In this document: one piece after another, positions 1 through 6,729 of the stretch | How positions within the stretch are numbered: the stretch's first letter is position 1 | Layout of the letters: every line of letters begins with the position of its first letter | Source of the DNA: Promethearchaeota archaeon | GTDB taxonomy: Archaea; Asgardarchaeota; Thorarchaeia; Thorarchaeales; Thorarchaeaceae | Direction: 5' to 3' | Length of the DNA: 10,467 nt | NCBI GenBank assembly: GCA_027031765.1 | Contig: JALVPN010000031.1 | Span: 38,576-49,042, forward strand | The notes under the pieces: generated by a model | The model's input: only the letters and a program-made list of their open reading frames with translations | The model's database searches: none | Told to the model about the DNA's origin: nothing | Position numbers and translations under genes: made by a program

Positions 1-243
1 GAGTCCGGTGTGACCGATGCGGAACTTGAGGAGCGGGCGCGGGCCAAGGTCGAGGCGGGTACCTGTGACCTGGTGGTGGCGAACGACGCGGCACGAAAGG
101 GTGTTGCCTTCGGCACCGACACCAACCAGGTGCTCATTGTGGGCCGTGAGGGGGTCATCAACAGGCTGCCGCTGATGTCGAAGAGGGATGTGGCACGCAC
201 GATTGTGGACGCAGTTGTGGAACGACTGCGTGACAGGGAGTAA
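1..243 (+). CDS. coaBC: C-terminal fragment of bifunctional phosphopantothenoylcysteine decarboxylase/phosphopantothenate-cysteine ligase (CoaBC/Dfp); 5'-truncated by the window edge
   Basis: Frame 1 is open from base 1 (ESGVTDAELEERARAKV...). It shows the CoaB C-terminal pattern DLVVAND...FGTDTNQVLIV...PLMSKRDVARTIVD, which fits DxIVAND/GFxxDxN/SKxxVAxxI. Confidence 0.88.
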   Translation, partial: ESGVTDAELEERARAKVEAGTCDLVVANDAARKGVAFGTDTNQVLIVGREGVINRLPLMSKRDVARTIVDAVVERLRDRE

Positions 244-262
244 AGTAAAGGGAGTAAAGAGT
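237..262 (-). terminator. Pyrimidine/T-rich tract, a possible archaeal terminator for the Roadblock gene
   Basis: The minus strand reads ctctttactccctttactttactc about 55 nt after the Roadblock stop, in the convergent gap with coaBC. It contains a 9-bp direct repeat, ggagtaaag (237-245 and 251-259). Confidence 0.35.
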
Positions 263-315
263 GACGTGGGCCTACTGATCGGGCCTGCTCCCGGGGCGTG
301 CACATGGTGGTCGCA

Positions 316-678
316 CTAGAGCACTTCGAGAAGGGTCTCTGCCATCCTCTTCATGTCGACGAAAATGAGACCAAGCTGGGCGTCAGCCTTCGCGAGCACG
401 AGCAGGAGCGCACTGTCCCCAACAGAGGTGAGGAGCGTGTAGCCCCTGTCCCCCTTCACATATATCTCCTGCAAGTGGCCACGTTCAAGCTCGCGCGTCG
501 CCTTCTCACCGAGCGACAGCATCGCAGCACTGATTGCAGCGACCCGCTCCTGTTCGCTCTCAGGCAGAGCGGAGGAGATCATCAGGCCGTCGATGGACAC
601 CAGTGCAGCCCCCTCAACACCGGGGACGGTCTCAAAGTCCCGGATTGCCTTGTTTATGGCATCAACGCGGCTGGACAT
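316..678 (-). CDS. Roadblock/LC7 (MglB-like) protein, 120 aa
   Basis: MSSRVDAINKAIRDFETVPGVEGAALVSIDGLMISSALP...ERVAAISAAMLSLGEKATRELERGHLQEIYVKGDRGYTLLTSVGDSALLLVLA...QLGLIFVDMK is a canonical Roadblock pattern. ATG 678 is preferred over 708 because similarity starts there and gaggg lies upstream. Confidence 0.93.
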   Translation of the reverse strand: MSSRVDAINKAIRDFETVPGVEGAALVSIDGLMISSALPESEQERVAAISAAMLSLGEKATRELERGHLQEIYVKGDRGYTLLTSVGDSALLLVLAKADAQLGLIFVDMKRMAETLLEVL

Positions 679-726
679 TGCGGGTTCCCTCTGCTCCTCA
701 GAGCACACTCTAGTCAGTGGTGTGCT

Positions 727-734
727 CTATAAAA
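727..734 (-). promoter_or_regulatory. Putative TATA box of the Roadblock gene
   Basis: The minus strand reads TTTTATAG about 49 nt upstream of ATG 678. It is the only strongly AT-rich box in this GC-rich gap. Confidence 0.55.
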
Positions 735-916
735 CCTTGTCTATGACTGTTGGATGGCCCGGCACATGGCAAACAGTTGCATTTCATGGACGGGGGACAT
801 CAGACCGGCAGTGTTCACGCAGGTATCCCAGCACACGGTGTGCACGAGCGTGACAGCGGCGAATCCGGCACAACGGACTTGTGTCGAGCGGCGAGGGCTC
901 GCGTCGGTGTCACACC

Positions 917-1276
917 ATGGACCGTACACGGCCCCACAGGACGGTGCATATGCTGGCAGCGCTATGGAACTGGGGTCTCGGTGCCACCTTCACGGTGCGC
1001 CCAAGACTGAGCATGGACTGGTCCTACCTCGCCGGAAGCTCGACATCACACCCAACGTTATGGTCCGACTGTTTCACGGGGTTGGGGTTAGTTTTCGGAG
1101 CGGGGTTCTTTCTGGTCAGCCTCAACATGCACACGAGCCACGGCCTGGTCCGGATTGCCATAATGGAGAAGACGTGGGCCTTCATTGTCAGTCGGTCCAA
1201 CTTCCTCATGGGACGGGCCTCGATAGCGGTACCTGCTGTTGTGACCGGCGACCTGATATTCGGCCTGCTGTTGTGA
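917..1276 (+). CDS. Small multi-pass membrane protein of unknown function; C-terminus frameshifted and shortened by a 32-bp duplication (possible pseudogene; the reconstructed ancestral ORF ends at 1356)
   Basis: MDRTRPHRTVHMLAALWNWGLGATF...CFTGLGLVFGAGFFLVSLN...GLVRIAIMEKTWAFIV...AVVTGDLIFGLL has about four hydrophobic segments. GGTG lies 7 nt upstream of ATG 917. Removing one repeat copy joins it in frame to ...GLLFLEDLPAVRGLPNDTEG* (135 aa). Confidence 0.65.
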   Translation: MDRTRPHRTVHMLAALWNWGLGATFTVRPRLSMDWSYLAGSSTSHPTLWSDCFTGLGLVFGAGFFLVSLNMHTSHGLVRIAIMEKTWAFIVSRSNFLMGRASIAVPAVVTGDLIFGLLL

Positions 1277-1304
1277 CCGGCGACCTGATATTCGGCCTGC
1301 TGTT
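1232..1304. repeat. Perfect 32-bp tandem duplication (2 copies plus a 9-bp remnant)
   Basis: cctgctgttgtgaccggcgacctgatattcgg occurs at 1232-1263 and 1264-1295, followed by cctgctgtt at 1296-1304. Confidence 0.97.
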
Positions 1305-1456
1305 CCTTGAGGACTTGCCGGCAGTGAGGGGGCTCCCCAACGACACAGAGGGCTAGCGTGGGGCCCCAGATGCAGTGCAGCCACGGACTGTCGCAGACCG
1401 TACCACCGCGTGTCAAAGTGACGGGTCCTTTCCCGGGCCAGTCCGGACTAGAGCAG

Positions 1457-1475
1457 CGCTGTCCAGAGGACAGCG
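1457..1475. terminator. Perfect 8-bp inverted repeat (hairpin) between convergent genes
   Basis: cgctgtcc-aga-ggacagcg, 21 nt downstream of the peptidase stop. There is no clean U-tract, so the function is uncertain. Confidence 0.35.
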
Positions 1476-1496
1476 TGCGACGTTTCGGCGGAGGGG

Positions 1497-4400
1497 TCAG
1501 AGCCCCAGTGCCTCACGCGGGTCGAACCGCGCATCATCCTCACGCCTACGCTTCTTCTCGGCACGTCCCTCCCGTCGCGACCGGTCACCACGACCTGGGC
1601 CGTCTGTCCTGCGCCGGTGAATGTGCACTGCGACCGCCACCACAGTCAAGACGGCCGCGCCGACAACGATCATGATGCCCCAGGTGATTGGGCGGATGAA
1701 CACCAGGTCGGGGAGCGTCACGGTGAGGGTGTCGTAGCCGTCCTTGGAGGCATGGACAGTGAGGTCATAGGTACCCGCCCTGCCGCTTGTCCACGACTGG
1801 TCTAGCGTCACCGTATAGACCCCTGAACCAGAGTCCACCACTCCGACCTCGACCTCTCCCAAGTGCACGGACATGTTGACACCGGGCACCCCCACCCCGG
1901 CCCTGTCCGTGACCTCAAGTGTAATGGTGACCCGGTCGCCCTCCCAAATGACATACTCGTTGAGGGCCACACTCTGGAGCACCAGCGCCGGGCTCTGTGA
2001 CCATGTGGCGGCATTTTGCACCAGCGCTCTACCAGGGGCACCTTCGGGGTGGACTGTCGAAACGGCGAGCTTCCCACTGCCCACAAGGGAGGCTGCCAGA
2101 ACCGACCCGTCAGAGGCGGAGGCAAGGAGCGTGAAGTTTGGGCCCAGCACATCGAGGACCCCGTGATACGTCAGCTCAGCAGGGACATCGTTTGGGCGCG
2201 TCAGAAGGGGATGACCGGTCTCACGGAGGGTGACACCGGTGCCGGTGCCAGTGTCGGTCACAGACACATCCCATGGGAGCCATGCCATGTCAGCCGCCGA
2301 GAGGCCGAACAGGACAATGGTGCCACCACTGTGAAGGTATTGGTCCAGTGTGGTCGGGTCCAGGGCCTCGCTGCCACGGAGAACGGCCATGCCGTCAGGG
2401 GCTACAAGGACGGTGCTCCGGATGGTGAGCAGGCCCTTGGCTGCAGTCAGGTTCGTGGCGTCATAGCGGTCATATGCCACCCCCGCACCCGCAAGGGCCG
2501 AGGGGACGAAGGACTGCGAGGTGACCACGGCCACAGGTGGGATTCCTCTGCAGGGGGTGTGTCCGCCAGCGTCCACGGCCACTGGTGCGACTACAGGTAG
2601 CCGCGGGGTTGAACCGGGGGGGTACAGGTGGACTGTCGGGTCTCCGAACAGGACCTGCTGGTTGCCGTAGTCCCGTGGTACACCGGAGTCGGGGTCGGTG
2701 TAGTCTGGTGAGACTGTTGCCAGGCCGTAGTTCAAGGCCTCACCCACGGGTGCGCCCTGTGCGAGGCGCTGGGTGATGAGGATGCTGAGTAGGCCTGCTG
2801 GCTGGAAGTACACCGTCCTTGGGGACGCGATTACGGCGACCGCACCGTGTTTCATGAGTGCCTCTGGCAGTATGGAGCCACCCAGCAGGCATGCAGTAAT
2901 GATGACTATTGGGGAGCCGATACGGCCCACTGCGGAGTCCAACTCGTCCGTGGAGGTGAAGACATGGTGGGCATACTCGGCCTCATACTGGACCGGGTTC
3001 ACAAGGTCGTCGCCATCGTTGGCCTTCCTGTCCGACACCGAGACCTCAAAGCCGTATGGGCTGTCAGTATCACGCATTGAGAACATCCCGAGGCCACCAG
3101 GGCGTTCAGGCGGGTCTGTGGGCAGCCGGGTTAGGGTGCCATGGGTGCTGAACGACCAGAGGGCCACCTGTGAGTTGAGGGCCTCGAACACTGCGTCGCG
3201 CCCCACATGGTAGTCGACGGAAAAGCCGGCCGCCTGGAGCGCCCCAGCACTGTCCTCAATCTGTCGGATAGTATGTGGGGTCCCAGCCTTGTCATAGTAG
3301 ACGGCGCCGTCAGTGTATGCATACATGCTCAGGAGTGCCGTGTCAGAAGAGTCGGCCGAACGGAAAAGGAACCTGTGGAGAGAAGTGCGGGCGGTCATCA
3401 CAGAGGCGAGTGGCGGGCCCCGGGCTGGAATCCGGCCCGGTGCAAAGTGTGACTGTAGCGCACGGTCAAAGCTCGGCTTCAGGACGCTGGTGGGAGCGAA
3501 GATGGTCACGCTCTGGGTCACATTCGACAGCGCGCCCCGTGACGACAGGAACGACTCAAGAGTGCTGGCACAGCCTTCCATAGTGTACCTGTTCGGGATC
3601 CGCTCATCGTACCACCCGTTCTCTGTGCGTGTGGTGTACCGACTCGTAACGTAGAAGGCGTCTATCTCGGGGCCAATCAGGTATGGGGCCCATGTGGCCT
3701 CCGCAGCCGTTGTTGGTACACCATCACCTCCGCGGAGTGAGAACACTGGGGCTGCCTGGCGCGCTGCTGCAAAGGCAGCTGGCCCAAAGAGCTCCTCACC
3801 GCTGCCGTAGGGGACTGTCAGTACTATGTCTGCGCCTGTAGTACCAAGGGCCGTGGAACCAAACGACCATATCGCGGAGCTGAGCGATGCATAGTCGCCG
3901 AATACCGTCACTACGTACTCGTTGAGCGCGGTGGTAAGAGAGCCATCCCGCAGTCCGGCCGGGTCAACGAGGAGTACGTGCTGTACACCCAGCCGCTCGA
4001 GTGCGAGCCGTGTGGCTGCGGGGATGCCACTGGGGTCAACAAAGAGGAGCGGCGCGTCCAGGAGTGATGCGAGGACGGCCCCATTGGCTGCCGACTCGAG
4101 GTACCCCTCAATACCGGTGGGCAGACGGTCCACCGTCCACGATATCTCTACGTTGTTCGTTTCTGTGGCGACCGGGTCCATCCACGCCACCACGAGCTGC
4201 CAGCTGCCGGCCCGGGGGTATGGCACGCTGAGGTGGCCGACACCGGGACTTGAGAGGATGCTGGTAGAGGGGTCCCATGCCACGAGGTTGCCGTCCGGGT
4301 CGAGGAGCGCAAAGTTGAGGTCGGTGTTCATGTTGTCCCACGAGACCGTCACGTTGAGCGAGCGCGCACTGGTGGGCACAGTGATTGTGCGGGTGAAACC

Positions 4401-5333
4401 GGGGTGAAAACGGAACTCACAGTCAAGACTGATGGTGCGCGTGATGGCTGTGCGGGGTGTCAGTGTGACTGTCCACTCACCGTCAGCAGTCTTTGGGACC
4501 CAGAAGTGGAGGGGGACGGGACTGGGGACAAACGGCCTCCGCCGCTCGAAATAGACCTGGGAGTAGTAGGAGTAGTCTACGAGGTGCCCGAGGGGGTCTT
4601 TGAGGGTATGCGTGAAGACCTCCGGCCCCGTCCAGTTGATACTGCAGTCGAGCCAGCCAGCTGAAGATGGGGGCACAAAGTCGATGGGCACCGGGCTGTC
4701 ATCTGTGATCTGGGCATCGGGCGTGAGGGTCACCACATCAGCGTCCTGGAACGTGTACTGGGAAGAGCCGTTGACCACCGGTGGGACATCAAAGCTGTCG
4801 GCGCCCAGGGCAAGCACAGCAACATCAGTGTCGTGCCAGTCATACAGTGCAAGCAGGGATGCCACTTCGGCCGCGGAGCTACCGGCAATCTGGGGCCAGA
4901 GCATTGTGTGGAGGCGTTGCTGGAGGGCCCGGGACAGGGACGCAGGGGGACGCCCTACCACCACCGCACTCGTAATGCCGCCGTCCTCCTGAGCATAGTC
5001 GGCCCAGTCGTCAAGGAGCCACGACTCGGGCGTGGAGCCTGTGCAGAAGACCAGTGGCGAGAGGTACTGGACGCCACCATGTGCGAACACGGCCGTTGGG
5101 ATTGCCGCCATGTACGCGAAGTCGTCGACGTACGAGGAGGGGTCTGGCACCACCAGCGTGACACGTCCGAGAGGGACGGGGTCTCCGGGTGCGCCTGTCG
5201 GGACAGGACCTGTATACCCCGACATGTCAGTCCCATGGGACACCAGCCCGGTCTCACTGGCCGGTACGACTGCCGTTACAGATAACAACAGGGAAAACAC
5301 TACGACCAGAAAGGAGCGTGAAGACCATGACAC
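1497..5333 (-). CDS. Large secreted, C-terminally membrane-anchored surface protein with a clan CD (C25/gingipain-like) cysteine peptidase domain, 1278 aa
   Basis: N-terminal signal peptide (SFLVVVFSLLLSVTAVVPA). CW_binding_2-like segments (SAANGAVLASLLDAPLLFVDPSGIP..TRLALERLGVQHVLLV). PPC-like beta domains (TVSWDNMNTDLNFALLDPDG...PRAGSWQLVV). Caspase-fold motifs FSTHG (H731), IITACLLG (C815), GAVAVIASPR, GAPVGEAL and VLFGDP. A class I GATase-like/ThuA-like domain (QYLHSGGTIVL, HPLL, GSGKLAV). An Ig-like domain, a TM helix (WGIMIVVGAAVLTVVAVAV) and a basic tail. Domain names come from motif recognition, not an HMM search. Confidence 0.8.
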   Translation of the reverse strand: MSWSSRSFLVVVFSLLLSVTAVVPASETGLVSHGTDMSGYTGPVPTGAPGDPVPLGRVTLVVPDPSSYVDDFAYMAAIPTAVFAHGGVQYLSPLVFCTGSTPESWLLDDWADYAQEDGGITSAVVVGRPPASLSRALQQRLHTMLWPQIAGSSAAEVASLLALYDWHDTDVAVLALGADSFDVPPVVNGSSQYTFQDADVVTLTPDAQITDDSPVPIDFVPPSSAGWLDCSINWTGPEVFTHTLKDPLGHLVDYSYYSQVYFERRRPFVPSPVPLHFWVPKTADGEWTVTLTPRTAITRTISLDCEFRFHPGFTRTITVPTSARSLNVTVSWDNMNTDLNFALLDPDGNLVAWDPSTSILSSPGVGHLSVPYPRAGSWQLVVAWMDPVATETNNVEISWTVDRLPTGIEGYLESAANGAVLASLLDAPLLFVDPSGIPAATRLALERLGVQHVLLVDPAGLRDGSLTTALNEYVVTVFGDYASLSSAIWSFGSTALGTTGADIVLTVPYGSGEELFGPAAFAAARQAAPVFSLRGGDGVPTTAAEATWAPYLIGPEIDAFYVTSRYTTRTENGWYDERIPNRYTMEGCASTLESFLSSRGALSNVTQSVTIFAPTSVLKPSFDRALQSHFAPGRIPARGPPLASVMTARTSLHRFLFRSADSSDTALLSMYAYTDGAVYYDKAGTPHTIRQIEDSAGALQAAGFSVDYHVGRDAVFEALNSQVALWSFSTHGTLTRLPTDPPERPGGLGMFSMRDTDSPYGFEVSVSDRKANDGDDLVNPVQYEAEYAHHVFTSTDELDSAVGRIGSPIVIITACLLGGSILPEALMKHGAVAVIASPRTVYFQPAGLLSILITQRLAQGAPVGEALNYGLATVSPDYTDPDSGVPRDYGNQQVLFGDPTVHLYPPGSTPRLPVVAPVAVDAGGHTPCRGIPPVAVVTSQSFVPSALAGAGVAYDRYDATNLTAAKGLLTIRSTVLVAPDGMAVLRGSEALDPTTLDQYLHSGGTIVLFGLSAADMAWLPWDVSVTDTGTGTGVTLRETGHPLLTRPNDVPAELTYHGVLDVLGPNFTLLASASDGSVLAASLVGSGKLAVSTVHPEGAPGRALVQNAATWSQSPALVLQSVALNEYVIWEGDRVTITLEVTDRAGVGVPGVNMSVHLGEVEVGVVDSGSGVYTVTLDQSWTSGRAGTYDLTVHASKDGYDTLTVTLPDLVFIRPITWGIMIVVGAAVLTVVAVAVHIHRRRTDGPGRGDRSRREGRAEKKRRREDDARFDPREALGL

Positions 5334-5421
5334 CTGTAGACCACATCCCGACTAATGGATAGAGGGAAGTGGCATGGGGCACAAATAGAGTTTTCCGCGA
5401 CCTCATATCCCACATTACATA

Positions 5422-6291
5422 TCAGGGCTCTATGAACTCGAAGTCGCCGAGCTCCCCGTCATCAGTGTCACCACTCTCGTCGGCCACCTCTTCTGGCAGG
5501 GCATCAATGATGTCATCGATCACCTTGCGCAGGCGTCGACGCGTCGCCTTTGGGATGTCCCACATCTTCTGCTCTGCACGCTCTACGACCTCGCGTGCGA
5601 TACCGTAGATCCCGGCCTCGAGATAGTGCTGTGCAGCCTCGACAAAGTACTCGGCGGACTGCTTCTGCCGGTCAACAATCTCAGCGACGTCGCCAAGGAG
5701 CGAGAGGGCGTCTGCAATACCAGCCTTGTCATCGAGCTCGCGGTATATCTTCAGTGCCTTCTTGAAACTGGCCGCGGCGGACTCCCAGTCCTCCCTGTCC
5801 GCATATGCGCTCCCGACCTCCATGTGTGTGCCTGCAACCCCCTGCTTGTTGCCTAAGGCGGTATATGCACGGCGTGCCTTCTTGAAATACTCCAGCGCCT
5901 CCTCGAACTCGTCCATACCGAGTTTGGCCAGTGCGAGGCCGTAGAGGGCGTCTGCCTCCCCCGCCTTGTTCGAGAGGGCCCTGAACATCTTCAAGGCCTC
6001 CGTGCAGTAGGTCGCAGCCTCCTCCCATCGCTGCAGGTTCAACATCGCAAGGGCCACATTGTAGGTGCTGTCACTAATCCCGGACTTGTCGTCAATCTCA
6101 CGGTAGAGGGCGAGGGCCCGCTCAAAGTTCGCAAGGGCCTGCTTGTACTCGGCAACCGACATGTAGATGTTGCCGGCCGTGTTGAACAGGCGGGCTGCCC
6201 CAGCCTTGTTGTCGGCCCGCAGCAACTCATCTGCCTGTTCCATGACCTCAGTTGGGTCGGTCTCGCCAATGACGTTAATCTCCTCGGTCAC
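5422..6291 (-). CDS. Tetratricopeptide-repeat protein with five 40-aa repeats and an acidic C-terminal tail, about 289 aa; start uncertain (GTG 6291 or ATG 6243)
   Basis: There is a 40-aa periodicity (ALANFERALALYREIDDKSG / AATYCTEALKMFRALSNKAG / ALEYFKKARRAYTALGNKQG / AAASFKKALKIYRELDDKAG). The 75 codons upstream in the ORF track (6516-6292) are not protein-like in composition and were excluded. Confidence 0.88.
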   Translation of the reverse strand: MTEEINVIGETDPTEVMEQADELLRADNKAGAARLFNTAGNIYMSVAEYKQALANFERALALYREIDDKSGISDSTYNVALAMLNLQRWEEAATYCTEALKMFRALSNKAGEADALYGLALAKLGMDEFEEALEYFKKARRAYTALGNKQGVAGTHMEVGSAYADREDWESAAASFKKALKIYRELDDKAGIADALSLLGDVAEIVDRQKQSAEYFVEAAQHYLEAGIYGIAREVVERAEQKMWDIPKATRRRLRKVIDDIIDALPEEVADESGDTDDGELGDFEFIEP

Positions 6292-6571
6292 GTGATAGCA
6301 CCGTCCAGAGCACCTGCCCCACCAAGCAGGTCGCTTTTGACTCTTTCTCAATGTGCGGTACTGGCGACCGGGACTGCCACAGGTAAGACACGACAGCCCA
6401 CATAGCGCGGCATGATGTGGCACGACGTCCCCATGTCCCGACGGGCAGGACCAGAACACACGTGGGTGCCACACAATCACTCCGACAATGCCCCAACGTG
6501 GTGAGCCCCTTGGCACCTGCTGCGGTCAGAGTGGCAGTCAGTATCAGGACTGCCAATACGGCATTGACACG

Positions 6572-6617
6572 CCAGATCATGGCAAGAACACCCAGATCAT
6601 GGCAAGAACACCCAGAT
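6572..6617. repeat. Perfect 20-bp tandem duplication (2 copies plus a 6-bp remnant)
   Basis: ccagatcatggcaagaacac occurs at 6572-6591 and 6592-6611, followed by ccagat at 6612-6617. Confidence 0.95.
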
Positions 6618-6677
6618 GCCTCCCAGCCGACACCAATCCATGGCCCGGCTGCACCCGGCAACGGACTCCAACTTAGA

Positions 6678-6695
6678 GCCCTCCGATGGAGGGGC
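6678..6695. other. GC-rich hairpin about 30 nt downstream of the GTPase stop
   Basis: ccctcc-gat-ggaggg (6679-6693), extendable by a G-C pair across a bulge. Confidence 0.3.
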
Positions 6696-6698
6696 GTC

Positions 6699-6729
6699 CC
6701 AGTCCAGACCCAGACCTAGACCTGACCTA
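6699..6729. repeat. Degenerate 5-6-bp microsatellite abutting the GTPase stop codon
   Basis: ccagt ccagac ccagac ctagac ctgac cta. Confidence 0.7.

Noticed and set aside
1232-1304. 32-bp repeats as a mini-CRISPR array
   Set aside because: The copies are directly adjacent with no spacers, there are no cas genes, and the sequence is explained by duplication of coding DNA.
1617-5355. Numerous plus-strand and alternate-frame ORFs over the peptidase gene (likewise over selD, the GTPase, TPR, Roadblock and rtcB)
   Set aside because: These are antisense or shadow ORFs expected in GC-rich coding DNA, rich in Arg/Pro/Ser and without motifs.
5385-5410. Minus-strand ATGA-ggtcgcgg-AAAA in the TPR-peptidase gap as a eukaryote-like SECIS
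   Set aside because: There is no complementary helix or 3' GA partner, and the upstream TPR gene has no in-frame UGA to recode.
6292-6516. N-terminal 75 aa of the 364-aa TPR ORF in the track
   Set aside because: The composition is rich in Cys, Trp and Arg and unlike the rest of the protein. It is probably a chance open-frame extension.
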